This document shows, piece after piece, positions 38,980 to 52,544 of a stretch of 64,000 bases of DNA. Below the pieces are notes generated by a model that searched no databases, was not told the origin of the DNA, and saw only the letters and a list, made by a program, of their open reading frames with translations. A program made the translations under genes and the position numbers. Source of the DNA: Eledone cirrhosa (taxonomy: Eukaryota); the NCBI GenBank assembly GCA_964016885.1, contig OZ024740.1, positions 246,450,001 through 246,514,000 on the forward strand, written 5' to 3'. Every line of letters begins with the position of its first letter. Within the stretch, counting starts at the first letter, position 1.

Positions 38980-41900
38980 ATGATTTCGGTGGCAGAAAAG
39001 TATTTTACTCCGATATGGCTAAACTGGACAGAGATAATAAAAAAAAAGTAAATAGAATTATCCACTGTATAAACACAACCAGAATAACCAAAATGAACAA
39101 TCCGGAAAAAGCAGTTAATGCATAATGCTAGAATGAGATTCCAAGCGGGATTGAAAGGTGAGAACAAAGGCAGAAGGAGATAGCTCGAGGGGATGTAACA
39201 ATATTGAGATTTAATATATATATTAGAAAAACAAAGCAAAGGCTAGCTGAAAGAAAATATAACATAAAATGGTATAACAACTGTAAAAGATTTTGACCAA
39301 AACATTAAAATATACAAACAAAAAATAAACTAATGTTATGTATTCAGTATGAGAAAAAGTGGATATATATGAATCGAATAGAAATGTGACCCCAGAACAG
39401 ATGATATGAGATACACAAGATAGTAAAAAGTTGTGGAGAGAAATTTGGGACGAAGAAATATTCCTACTACTGAAGTTGAATGGTCAAAGGCATTTAGAGT
39501 CGAAGTAAATATCGATAAGCAGGAAAATATACATATTACAAAGAAGATGGCAATTAAACATTATAGTAAGACATACAATTAGAAAGCCCAATGCTGCGGT
39601 AGTGTACATGTATATTGATTAAAGAGATTAAAATCTCTGCTTGAGAAAATATCTGTACAATTGAATAAGATGATAAACAATGAGGATAAGCTACATGCAA
39701 GGATGGCACATGGAAGATTGATTTTGTTTACCGACAAATTTGCCCCATATCATGCCTCCATTTGATGTGGAAAATTTTAACTGGAATCATTGCAGGTAAT
39801 GCGTGTTCGTTTCTTGAATCGGAAAGAATATTGCCAGAGAAACAAAAGGGTTCTAGTAGAAAGGGAAGAGGAACTAAAGATCAGTTTCTAATAGACAAGT
39901 TGATATTGAAGGATTTTAAGAAAATGCATACAAACATGAAACTAGCTTCGGTACATTATAAGAAAGCACACGATTCGGTTTCCCACTCTTAAATAATAGA
40001 ATGTATGAAACTATTTCGAATAGCAAACAATGTCAATGAATTCCTTAAATGCAGCATAAAAGACTGGAAATGTTAACTTATGTCACCGGAAGAGCCATTG
40101 GACTGATTGTTGTTCGTCATGTGCATGGTACCATCAAGGTTGATTTTACAGAAAATGGGTGTTGGGTATGACTTAAGGAAAACAGTCCAAAATATGCCAT
40201 ATACTATTTACAGATAATCTTAGAGTGTGCTGAATGAGCAAAGACCAAATAAACCTACTAGTAAGCACTTCATATAGTCAGCAAGGATATAAGGATGGAT
40301 TTCGGGATCAAAAAGTGTGGTTTTACGAAAAGTGACAGTGCTATCTTTTGATAGGATAACGTTACCAGATGAACAGGGGACGAAAGACATAAGATGAAAA
40401 AGGGCATTTAAAAAATAACATTCAGAAGGTTGAAGTTATCATTAAAATGCAAATTGAATGTAAAATATAAAAAACAAATAAACAAGCGTTAAATACGTGG
40501 GTTGTTTCAATAATTGTTTCTACTATTGGCACAAGGCCAGCAATTACTCAGTACATTACTGGTACTTTATTTTATCGACCCCGTAAGGATGAAAGGCAAA
40601 GTTAACCTCGGCGGGATTTGAACTCAGAATGGCAAGGGCCGTAACTCTATGCGTCAAAGCATGGCGTCCGACCCTCTACCGATACTGCCAATTCACCATA
40701 AAGTCCGGAGTTTGAGTTATCAAATAGAGCAAAGAAGATATTCGGAGGATGGATACTAAAACACGAAAGAAAATGACCATGTATGGAACGCTACACCAAA
40801 AAAAGTGATATCAATCAAATTTATCTCTTCAGAACCAGAGTAGAAAGAAGTTTGATAAGTAAAAACTGTGTATAGAGTGAGAAAAATAATCTTGGTTAGT
40901 ACATAAAGAACACTGTTGAACCATGGCTGATAGCAGTAAATGAATGTGACCTTTTACAGACTGAAAGCTGCATTGAAAAGAATAGTTATAAATAATGTTT
41001 AATGGAAGCGACTGAGAAAAGTGGATGTATAAATTAATGCGTGTTTATAGAGACATGGAAAGTGGAGTAGACAAGCAAGCATCAATGGAATTCATCTGGT
41101 AACGTTATCCCATCAAAAGATAGGACAGTCACTTTTTCCTAAAACCACACTTTTTGATCTCGAAATCCATCCTTACATCCTTGCTTAAAATCGAAACAGA
41201 AGCCTTAGTACAAGAGCATTTTCTAAAAACTAATTATATGAAATATATCATCGACAAAACAACAGAGTCACCATTATATAGACTATATAAAATATATCAT
41301 CGACAAGACCATAGAGTCATCTTTATGTAGACTATATAGAAAGAAAGGAGAACCTGTCAGCCACATTGTAAGTGAATGCAGTAACCTATTAGAAAAAGAA
41401 TAGAAATGTAGACATGATAACACTGCTAGGATTGTACATTCGAAGCTAGGTTAGAAAGATAGACTGAGCAGAACAGAATAGTAGTATGTACATCAGTTTG
41501 ACAGATTAATAGAGTCAGAAGTGCTACTTTGTAACTTTAGCAGCCAATGTGATCATGGAATACATGGAAATACCTAATATTGTCATCAGCAGGGGATAGC
41601 AAATTATGAGAAAAGGAAAGAAAAAGACAGCGGTATCAAATTCTATAGAAAAAAAGAAGAAATTTACAGCTCATACCTATGCAGATATAACTAGTTTCCT
41701 ATGAGGTGCATCGCATAGGAGGATTCTCGGATGTTTTAATGGTAGGGGTCCCAGACCTATTAGGAAAAAAGCAAAGTAAAAATAAATTGTTTTGTTCAAG
41801 AATACAAGTCACCTAATCCAGGAACTGAACACACGACTTTATGATCAAGAGCCCAACATCCTAAACACTTGACCTTGTACCTTCACATAAAAAGATGGAC

Positions 41901-42040
41901 CTATAAAAAGGTTGAAGTTATATAAGTATTAGTGAGTGCTTTGGGAACAACTGAAATAAGTATATGGAGTGCAAAATTTGGAAACGAAACACGCACAGAA
42001 CTTCTTCAAAATTTGACAATATTAAGAACAGCTGTCTAAG
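38980..42040 (+). mobile_element. Highly decayed R4/Dong-like LINE
   Basis: [37 protein letters not shown]; later MYGTLH and VSHIVSECS..RHDN motifs. Confidence 0.7.
40510..40697 (-). mobile_element. SINE family 1, full length
   Basis: Reverse complement of the 23393/49272 consensus. Confidence 0.88.
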
Positions 42041-42094
42041 TTTCTTGAAAAACCTTTAATCACTTATTATGACTCGCTAGTACCAGGTTTCTTA

Positions 42095-45000
42095 GCTACC
42101 CTTTCCATGATGTACCACATGACGTGGAGATTGTCGTGGATGGATCTGTCTGGAATAGAGTAAATCTGCGCCTCCCCCACCAGACACCCGACAACTAGCA
42201 CCAACTTCGTTGCTAATACTTTCGCCAAAATTTTGAACTGTTCAGCAGAATTATGGGCCTGAAATTATCTAAGTTGTCTACCTCGTTTGGGTCCTTTCTC
42301 GGCAGTGTCACCGCTCCTCGGCTCATAGAACTGGGAATTCTCCCGTTCTACTGCCAGTTGCAGTAGACGTTTACCAAGATGTCACCGAACAAGTCTGGCA
42401 TGTGTACGTAAAGTTCGTAGGGAAAACCATCCAAACCAGGCGATTTATCACTCACATATCTAGTCATTGCTTCGTGTATCTCAGCGACAGTTATCGGCTC
42501 TTCGCAGCACTTTGCCTCCGTCGCCGAGCCGAACATCTGAGCGAAGTGCTGCTGCCCACATCTGCTCGGCATCGACTAACATGTGCCCGTCATTGTCCTC
42601 CAAAGACCGGATTGTGGCTTTGTTGCCACGCCGTGCTTCCACCACTTGGGTCCATCGAACGGATTTTATCCCTTCATGTCTGAGAGCACAGGCCCTAGCT
42701 CTGACAACGCTGCCTTCGTGCTTTGTGTTGAAGAATTGTTCCAGGACCACTCTCGCCACAAGCACATCAGTTGCGATGCCTTTACTAAGCGCTTCGTCTA
42801 ATTTTCTAACTAGTTCTCCCTCTACTCTATTTTTCTCTATTGCTAAAGCCTTACTGAACCTAATGGACTCTGATCTAGTCGTCCTTTTCAGAGCGAACCA
42901 CAATTTGTTGTTGACGACTGCCCTCGTTAACACCCGTTAAACTAATTCGCTAACTCGGTCTTTGTAGGCTTAGTGCGCTGGTAGTAGGGCGTTCAGCTTC
43001 CAGTATCCTGGTTCCTGTCTATGAAGCCTATCTAAGTCGATAAGAAAGATCACAAACTTGTGGTCTGTGTAGTTGACTATCTTGAATTGTGGACAGCCTA
43101 TGCTAGACCTATCTATTTCCCTACAAAATACCCTATTTTGATACGATCTGGATGACCCGATGCGGTTTGTCCATGTCCACATTGGCACAATAATGAAATC
43201 CAACCGGTACCTGTCAGACAGTTGAAAACGTCTGAGCAGGTTTGTGAGGCTTTTACACCCACCTCCCATATCCGCTAATCGCACACAGTCCCAGCGTGCA
43301 TCCAAGATCCCGTTCCAGTCGCCCACTAACACTAAAGAGCGGGACGTTCCAAGAAAGGTCTCCAGAAGTCAGGCCGCCCTTCCCCTGTCGGTTTGTTGAC
43401 GGCTATTAGCATGAAAACGTGACTTTCTCCACTGGTCACGCCCAAGACCATCAACTTACCTTCTGCGTCCAAAACGATGGCCCGTATCTCGAGATCCAGA
43501 CCTCTCCGGCACAACACTGTCACGCAGCCCCCAGATCCAGGCAGCTTGGAAATGTGTACACCTCGTAGCCGCCGGAAATATGTGCGAGTGCCCGTGCATC
43601 GAGATTCTGGTCTTACTGATGACCACCACATCTATGTTCAGTGACCTGAGATCGTTGACTAAGTGGCCTTGCTTCCAAGACGACCTCAGGCCACGTGCAT
43701 TTATACTGCTTATCCTGAGAAAAGCCATGTTAGTTAAGATACGAGGAAAACAAATGAGAGGGGAAAAAATAAAAGACTTTACCTTTGGCTTTTTAGGAAG
43801 GGGTGGGTGATCCATCCCCTCGACCAGTGGTGCATTTCTCCACAAGTATATTCTCTTCGAGAGGGTCCCTCGATAGTCTCCAATTGCCGTGGGGAACTTT
43901 AAGGTTACATATGTCTTTCGATTATTTTTATTTGTGTGGGAGGTGCAATTTTGGTGGTTTGTATGTAATTTCTTTCTGTGATGTTGGTGTTCTGTTGTAT
44001 GTAATTTAGAAGTTTTTTGTTGTCTGTGTCTATAGCGGTGTATTGTGTCTGCGTTTGGGATGTTGTTGGTGCCTTTTGTGTTTGCTATGGTGTTGATGGC
44101 GGTGACGATGTGGTTGATGATAATGATGGTGGTGGTGGCGGTGGTAGTAATGTGGGTGATGGTGGTGATGGTGTTGGTGGTTGTGGGGGATTTGGCTGTT
44201 GATGGTGGTGGTGGTGGGAGCATTGACGTCGTTATTTATGTGGTTTTTTCCCTCCTTTTTTTTTAGGGCGAAGAAAGAGAGCATTTCTTTTCTTTCTTTT
44301 CGTTTTTGACGGTTTTCCACCCCTCCTCGTCACAATCCGTCTCCTGTGATGTGAGAGGTCGGGGAATAGGATGTATTCCATGGGCGTTGGTGATGCTTGT
44401 GGTGCGGTGGATGTTGGTGGCGCTAGTGTTACTTCTGTTGTGATGGGTGGTGGTAGTGCTGGTGCTCTTGCTACCGTTGCTGCTACCGTTGCTGCTGCTG
44501 TTGTTGCTGGTTGAGCAGGAGAGGTGGCCTTAATATTTTGGCCATCTCTGAGGGGAGAAGGCCTTTCGGTGGGTTCTATCATCTCAAACGATTACGGTGA
44601 GGTGGCTGCCGGAATCTCTTGTATGTTTTTTCTGGTCCACTTGGATCAGGAGCTCCATTCCTGATCCGGACCACTTTTCCTGTTTGATCTTGATGACTTC
44701 GATGGCTTTTGTGTTGTCCTCGATGCCGGCGAGGACGGCAGCCTTCAGCCAGAGAATTTCTATGGCCGTTGGAACCTGGGTCACACTTACTCTCACGAGC
44801 CTTTTCCCGCAATAACTCGGGACAAGCGTGAGCTCATCACTGTTTAGAGGGGCCATGGAATGCTCTCTGGCCTCCTGTGGGGGTAGTAAAGAACACGTCC
44901 GTGGTCCCATACCTTCGTCCACGAATGATGTGGGTTTTCTGAGCCCACACATGAACCAAAGCCTTTTGGATCTGGGACTCGGTTACCCGCTCTACTCGGC

Positions 45001-45490
45001 GTGTTTTTGAGTGCGGTATAATACCGTACATAGCCACTGGTGTTCCATGATGTTTGATGGCGGAGTGAGGGTGACCCTGTATCCATGTTTTTGACCATTC
45101 ACCTGGCCTCATACATTTGTTGCTCGGTCACGTCGACCGTTTCGCTCCTTTGTGTCGCTCTAGCGAAAGAAACATTTGTTTTTGCGCTGCTGTTGTTGCT
45201 ATTTTTATTATTGCTGTTGTTGTGATTGTTGTTCGTGTTATTGTTTTTTATTTCAGTTGTTGCTGTGGTGGTGGTGTCAGTGGTGTTTGACGTGATTGCC
45301 GACATTTTGGAGGTGGGGACGGTGACGCTCACACTGGTAACTGTCGATTTTAATGGCGGGAATTTTATTTCATTTTTAGCTGTTGTTCCAGGAGAAAAAT
45401 TTTGATTAATGTTGTTGTTGTTGCTGTCTGCTGTGTTGGCAATGGTAACGAAGTTTACAATGGTTGTGGTGGGAGTCACTGTCACGTGAT
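42095..45490 (-). mobile_element. L1/Tx1-like LINE: ORF1, APE endonuclease and start of RT, 3'-truncated and frameshifted
   Basis: ORF2 from ATG 43728: SINARGL, LVGDWN, WTW, YTDH, GYWKLN, SPGLDGFPYELY, NFRPIILLN, FKILAKVLA; ORF1 pieces at 44232-45485. Confidence 0.85.
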
Positions 45491-45721
45491 AGCTGGCTTA
45501 ATTCTATGGGGCATATTCCGTCCATGTTTTTTGGACAAGAAAATAATTTTGAAAGAATTTAAAGTTCAAATATTTCGACCCAAAGCCCAAATATTATGGG
45601 GGTCACCATTAAACAGTGCAATGTGTGGTGCCTTATAAACAGTTTGTGACAGAAATAAAAGTGTGAATACAATGTAGAACCATGAAAATTGACAAAAACG
45701 TAAGGAGCGATATTCACATAA

Positions 45722-45990
45722 TAGATGTATCTATCCCCACAGACGACAATATATCTTCCTAGGATATAGAGAAACTCTCCAAATATAAAGATCTAGAGAT
45801 AGAAATAATTCGAATGTGGAAAATGTAACAGAAACAGTACTCATAATAATAGGTGCTCTAGGAATGATAAAAATACACACAGACAAATACATAGCCAAAA
45901 CCTCAGGACTTACACATATATACAACTTACAAAAAATAGCATTACCAGGCGTTGCACACATATTACGAAAAGTACTATCAATACAATAGA
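45722..45990 (+). mobile_element. R4-like REL endonuclease C-terminal fragment
   Basis: DVSIPTDDNIS, EKLSKYKDLEIEI, IIIGALG, LQKIAL..AHILRKVL. Confidence 0.7.
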
Positions 45991-46109
45991 AACAACATCA
46001 TCAAAAACTACACTGCTCATACCCAAGGCGCACAGAGCTGTACTCGGTAAAGCAGTTATGATGGGAAATAAAAATAATAATGGAAATAATGATAATAATG
46101 ATAATGCTT

Positions 46110-46218
46110 TATGATTTAGGCACAAGGCTAGCGGTTTTGAGGTAAGGAAAGTCGATTAAATCGACCCCAGCGCGTGACTGGTACTTTATTTTATCGATGT
46201 TGTAAGGATGAAAGGCAA
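46110..46218 (-). mobile_element. SINE family 1 variant, 3' fragment
   Basis: Core GGTACTTTATTTTATCG..AGGATGAAAGGCAAA, preceded by an (AAT)n-like tail. Confidence 0.65.
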
Positions 46219-46337
46219 ACAGTAATTTTCATATTTCAACTCAACAACAGAGCCTCTGTACGGCAGTTCAGGAATTTATACAGCCTCGCCCCAGCCACGG
46301 AGGTTTCTATATACTAATGTTATTTACTAAATCGTCT

Positions 46338-46477
46338 GAAAGCGCGTAGCCTCGTGGTTAGAGTGTTGGGTTATGATCATAAGATCGTGGGATCGATTTT
46401 CAGACCGGATGATGCGTCGTGTCTTTCAGCAATTTCCTTTATTTCACGTTGCTCTAGTTCAATCAGCCGAAAATGAA
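46338..46477 (+). mobile_element. SINE family 2
   Basis: tRNA-like head GAAAGCGCGTAGCCTCGTGGTTAG, then TTTATTTCACGTTGCTC. Confidence 0.6.
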
Positions 46478-46714
46478 TGCCGGTAGTCAGTTGTGGGTTA
46501 GTCTCAGTCGCTTAATGCCCGTGAAACCAGGGTAAACTATGGGCTTCATCTAACCCGTGTAACAGGTAAAAATGGACGTAAAGCGATAGCTCTAATTCAT
46601 CAACTAAGCCATATATTTACTAATCTTGATATCGAGTAACCACAGATTAAACTAATCCTGCCTGCATATATATCCAGACTATTTCAGAAAGTCTTTCGTC
46701 GTTTTATATATTGA

Positions 46715-47331
46715 CTAGCAGATGTACCCGGCGTTGCTCGGGAAATGAATGACAGCCTGTTTGTCCATATAAAGAGAGCCAAAGGTTGAGCAAAGAATTG
46801 AAATGTAATTGTAAAAATTTTTTTTAACAAAATGGGTGTACAGTGACATTATTGAGTGAAATAAACGGCAACATAAAAACAATTCATGGGGTAGCTTGAG
46901 TTAATTGACGTGAATGATTTCAGGTCCGGCCTTGCTGTAGTAGATATGAGTAAGGGGATAAAGATGGAATAGACGCACCGTATGTCCTTCAGTAGACTAA
47001 ACCCTATGCATAAGATGGCGCTGCCACTACTACGTTGAGCATCCACTGGGCATAGAAATATCATTCCTTGAAGCAAATCGGCCTAGTACTTCAAAAGTTA
47101 AAAGGAGCCTAGTATTTGTACACAGACAGATACACACACAAAATCGATTTTTCGGCCTCAATATCGATATTTTTTTGAAATTTGTTTTTGTCCAAAACCT
47201 GCTCTGGCATATAAGCAACATGTGTGCCAAATTTGGTTGAAATCGGCCTAGTACTTCAAAAGTTAAAAGGAGCCTAGTATTTGTAGACAGACAGACACAC
47301 ACACAGACCGACTTGCTTTTATATATATAGA
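46715..47331 (-). mobile_element. Non-autonomous Helitron
   Basis: Minus strand A|TCTATATATATAAAA ... hairpin CCCGAGCAACGCCGGG ... CTAG|T; internal direct repeat 47075-47130 / 47240-47295. Confidence 0.85.
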
Positions 47332-48329
47332 TGACTTACATTAACAAATGTAAGTGCTCGAAAGCATTGCTAGGTTAATATCTACACTTATAAATATACA
47401 AACAGAGCTACATGTAAAAATACTATGATAGATACATATATACTCGTATACACATGTAATTCATATACACACAGAAACACACATTTAAAATGAATACGTA
47501 CATACACACGTATAGATATATGTACACAGCTCACACTAACAAAAACATACAGCTTGCTCATAAATACACGGCTAACGCTTACGCACACGCACATACACAT
47601 ACACACAAAAACATTCATATGTCACACGCACAGACACATGCGCGCGCGCACACACACATAATCGTTCACGTCTTAGGCGACTATACTCACCCGCACATAA
47701 ACAAGCTATGCATTGTTTTCATCGAATATTCATTCACAAAGTTTTGTATATAAACAGATGTTGAAAATTCTTCGAGACGCGTCTGTCTATTCAGTAAATC
47801 TTCTGCCAAGTCGAATTACTTTTCAGAAAAAGAAAAAAATATTTCAAACATTCTCATTTCTATGGTTACGTAAATTCTATGATTACGTTTTATAAAATTA
47901 ACCAGGACTCTTTGTGTGACACTGACTATACACCATAGCAATTATTATATTGTCGATTCAGGCCAACAATTACTATGTGAGAGTGTGCAGACCTCGTTGC
48001 TATGGCAAGATGATATGAGTCAGTTTAGCGTCCTATTTATCAGTTGCTGGTTTGGTATTCATAAAATTAGAGTGAATTAAGATGAATTAGTTGTGTGTGT
48101 ATATATAGTAAAGAGAACTCTTAAAAACTTAGTGTCGTTAACCAAGAAATTGCAATTAGTGAACATTGCACTGGCAGTGAAGATATGTCATTATGTTAAA
48201 TCACTAACTGTAGCAAAGAATGACAAATGAAACAATTCCGGAATTTTAATTCATTAAACATCTTCTTTTCGTATCTTCGAAGCATGTGGTTATATGACAG
48301 TTTCCCATTTCCTTACACAGTCCTTTGAA

Positions 48330-49125
48330 TTATTATAAAATTCTGCGAGATCTTTTAAGCTGCACTGGTTGGGTAGTAGAGGGCAAACAAAGCAGTGCTG
48401 CATCGTATGGTCCTCCTCTCCGCATTCGCAGAGGGTTGGGCCGGTCTTGTAGCCCCATCTGGCCATAGCAGCTTTTCATCACCCCATTCCTGTTCTCAGG
48501 CGGTTGAGTGTCTTCCACTGGACCCATGGTGCTTCTGAGCCAGGAGGGAGGGCTTCAGAATGGGGGTTCCCATGTCAATAGGAGGGGAGTCATTCTCTAG
48601 CTTTCTAGTCCATAGCTGTTGTCGGGTTTCTTCCTGAGATGTTGTTAGGGGCTGGACATGGCTGAGGAAGCTTCTCCTTGACTTCAGTCGTTGGGCCGGA
48701 GGTTCACGCCTTTGTGATCTCTACTCGGCTGGCAGCTTCCCGTCTCACATCTGCAGGGGCAATGCCACCGAGGAGATGCAGGTTGTTCGGGTTAGTAGGC
48801 TTCAGGCAACCAGTGATCAAACGGCAGGTGTTGTTCAACGCTGGGTCTAGTTTACTGGCATGGGTTGATCTCTCCCAAACAGGACACGCGTACTCCGCAG
48901 AGGAATAGCACAGGGCCAAGGCAGTACATCTTAGTGTGTGTGCTGTGGTTCCCCATTTGGAGTTGGTCAGTTTCCGTAGGATGTTGTTCCGGAAGCTGAC
49001 TTTCAATTTGGTGTTTTTGATGTGTTCCTTGAAAGAGAGGGTGCAGTCCAGGGTTACGCCAAGGTAGACATGATTGGTGCAGTTCTCAAGTGGTGTTCCT
49101 CACCATGTGGATTGCCTCGGGAACG
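48330..49125 (-). mobile_element. Ingi/Vingi-like (I group) LINE 3' fragment
   Basis: YLGVTLD, RNNILRKL..KWG, TALALCYSSAEYACPVW, CRLITGCLKPT. Confidence 0.75.
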
Positions 49126-49271
49126 TAACCTTATTACGTGAGAAGCTGTCTGATGATGTCATGACACTGGGTACATGGAATCGTGTGGCCACTGTCGCCA
49201 TTGAAATATGTATTACAGCATTATCAATACAGGACTTTGAAATATGTGTATCACAGCATTATCAATAAAGG

Positions 49272-49456
49272 GCGGTGGATTGGCAGTTTCGGTAGAGGGT
49301 TGGACGCTATGCTTTGACGCATAGAGTTAGGGCCCTTTCCAATCTGAGTTCAAATCCCGCCGAGGTTAACTTTGCCTTTCATCCTTACGGGGTCGATAAA
49401 ATAAAGTACCAGTAATACACTGAGTATTTGCTGGCCTTGTGCCAAAAGTAGAAACA
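49272..49456 (+). mobile_element. SINE family 1, full length
   Basis: A and B boxes plus core; TSD ATTATCAATAAAGG at 49258-71 / 49457-70. Confidence 0.9.
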
Positions 49457-49583
49457 ATTATCAATAAAGGACTTTAGCATCTGAAACTACTTCGCATTTT
49501 CTTATTCTAAATATACTCCATCACTCCTATGTGGAAAAAGTGCGTTGAGTGCTTGAAATGTGTTGCATCAATATTTACCGTAA

Positions 49584-49658
<75 letters not shown>

Positions 49659-49686
49659 AGTTAAAACAATGAAATAAAACATCAAG

Positions 49687-49751
<65 letters not shown>

Positions 49752-49755
<4 letters not shown>

Positions 49756-50632
49756 AGTATGTATGTATACGTACATACATGCATACATATATACATGCAT
49801 GTATCGGTTTACCGAACATTTATTATAATGCTCGGTTTGTTTGTTTGTAAACGAACAAACAACCCGAATTACGCCGTACAGTGTTTAGGCAACCACCACA
49901 CCTTTTTGTTCAACACTGACACAGGAACGATGTACTAGTTTCAAGTTTATTAGCTATCGTCAGCATCGTATACCTTCCTGCCAGATGGTTGAACGTCTGA
50001 AAGTACATACTTTCCTTATGCATATTAACGGCTGAGCAGCCTAATTTGCATATCCTGTGTGTTCAGTCGGCCGGGCACACCGAAAACGATAAATGGATTA
50101 GAATGAAACGAAATTTCATTTCTCACTCTTAGTACGGCACTTACTTAAATGTAAGTATGTATGTATACGTACATACATATATGTATACAGACGTACAGTA
50201 GTATGTATATATATATACACACATATATACATGCACGTATCGGTTTACCGAACATTTATTATAATGCTCAGTTTGTTTGTTTGTAAACAAACAAACAGCC
50301 CGAATTACGCCGTACAGTGTTTAGGCAACCACCTCACCTTTTTCTTCAACACTGACACAGGAATGATGTACTAGTTTCAAGCTTATTAGCTATCGTCAGC
50401 ATCGTATACCTTCCTGCCAGATGGTTGAACGTCTGAAAGTATATACTTTCCTTATGCATGTTAACGGCTGGGCAGCCTAATTTGCATATCGTGTGAGTTC
50501 AGTCGGACGGGCACACCGAAAACGGTGTACGTCTGTATACATATATGTATGTACGTATACATACATACATACTTACATTTAAGTAAGTGCCGTACTAAGA
50601 GTGAGAAATGAAATTTCGTTTCATTCTGTTCC

Positions 50633-50636
<4 letters not shown>
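49752..50636. repeat. Local ~330-bp direct duplication plus ~105-bp inverted duplication
   Basis: About 49752-50088 matches 50149-50524; 50093-50195 is the reverse complement of 50527-50636. Confidence 0.85.
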
Positions 50637-50724
<88 letters not shown>

Positions 50725-50805
50725 GGTAAACAGAAATAACAACATAATCGGTGCAGTATATGGAAGGGATATATTAGGTTAACGCTTGAAATAGCTGGAA
50801 GAGGG

Positions 50806-50840
50806 TCTTAACGTTTCGGACGCTAGTCCTTTATCAGAAG
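50806..50840 (-). ncRNA. Minimal hammerhead motif in the Neptune 3' pLTR (G8A change)
   Basis: CTT-CTGATAA-A-GGAC[TAGC]GTCC-GAAA-CGT-TA-AGA; AACGTT palindrome. Confidence 0.6.
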
Positions 50841-51524
50841 AAAGAATGAAAAATTAGATAGATTGAGGGGACCAGTGGGTTGGAATTGGAAAAAATGTAT
50901 TTAGATAAAAATAACAGGTCCATTCATGATGAGATCTCTTGGAAAACTGTTGATGCTGGCGTTTTGTGTATGATTTATTTTTTTTAGAAAAGTGGATGAT
51001 GGAGCGCGTCTGCATGAAATGGAAAAAAAGCCGTTTTGTAAAAGGAGCTATACTTCTGCGCGTGCGTATGCATGTGTGTGTGTGTGTGCGTGTATGTGTG
51101 TGTATTCGTTATACGTCCGTACGAATCTAAGAAGAAATATGTGTGTATATGTAAGTAAACGTCTCTGTGTGTGTTTGTGCTTGTATGTTAATAGAAAGGT
51201 GTGTATGTGTGTACACAGATCTGTGAAGAGAAAAGTGGAGTGTGCATATTTTGTCTGTATTAATTGTAAGAGAATATGTTTATGACCATATCGTGTGTGT
51301 GATAATGGATGGGGTATTAAAGAAATTGGGGAGGTGAGTTGAGTCCATAAGGGAAATAGGACCCAAGGCGGTAAATCAGACTCTGTTTAGTCCTGGTGCG
51401 CGAGGCCTGTGATCCGTGATATAAAAGGACACCTAGGACTGAGACATGTAGGGAAGAGTGGCCAGGAGAACGGAAATGGCGGGTGACAAGAGTGTCCAAA
51501 CCGAGTCGTATGTCCCTCAAATGC

Positions 51525-52544
51525 TCAGCAAAACGGTGCGCCGTGCGGGGTCCCGTTTGTCTGATGTATAAAACCCGCAAACGGAACACCGAAGGGCATA
51601 GACAACGTGGTGGGTGTGCAGGTGAAGGAGTGGCGGATACGGAATGACCCGTTAGAGCTTGTGAGAATGGTGAGGGTGGAAATGAAGAGACAAGTGTTGC
51701 AGCGGGGACGAGAACAAGGATGAGAGCCGGGTGGAGTCGTAGGAGAGGACGAGAAGGAACTGCGTACCAGGAGGTCGCGGAGGTTACCAGCGCGCTTAAA
51801 TGCGGCAGTGGGTGGGTTTGGAAAAAAGCGAGAAGTGACGGGGTCAGAAGAGAGAATGTGGAAGGAACGGAGGATATGTCGCCAGAGTGGTATGGTGATG
51901 GGGTGGTAGGTGAGAGGGAAAGGAACATGGGTGTTGGGAGGGTGCTGGTGAGGTGAGAGGGCTGTGGTACGGTCGGTTTCACGGGCGCGGGTGAGAGCAG
52001 CTTGGCTCAGGGTGGGGGAATATCCACGCTGGATGAAGCGGGAAGCCATGTGAAGGGGATGGGTTTCGAAATCGTCGTCCAGGCTACAGAGTCGACGAAG
52101 ACGGAGGAATTGGAAATAGGGTATGGAGTGTTTGGTGTGGGTTGGATTGGAGGAGGTGAAGTCGAGGTAAGAGTGGGAGTCTGTTGGTTTGATGGAGATG
52201 GAAGTAGAGAGGGTGTGGTTAGAGTGATCGATAGATAAAGAGATATCTAGAAAAGGAACAGAAGAATCGGAGACAGAGGCGGTGAAATTGAGAGCATGAT
52301 GGAAAGATTGGACAAAAGATAGAAAGCAGTCGAGCTGTTCTCGTGATAGAGAGGTGGCGCCGATACAGTCGTCGATATAACGACCGTATAGCTCAGGAGT
52401 GGGTCCAGCGTACTGGGAGAAGATCTGGGCTTCGACGTAGCCAACAAACAAGTTGGCATAGTTTGGTCCCATTCTGGTTCCCATCGCTACCCAAGAGACC
52501 TGCTGATAGAATTCACCCGAAAAGGAAAACCCATTGAAGGTCAA
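51525..52544 (-). pseudogene. Neptune-like RT core/thumb/Cys linker
   Basis: 339-aa ORF with YGRYIDD, PFLDI, KPTDSHSYL. Confidence 0.9.
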
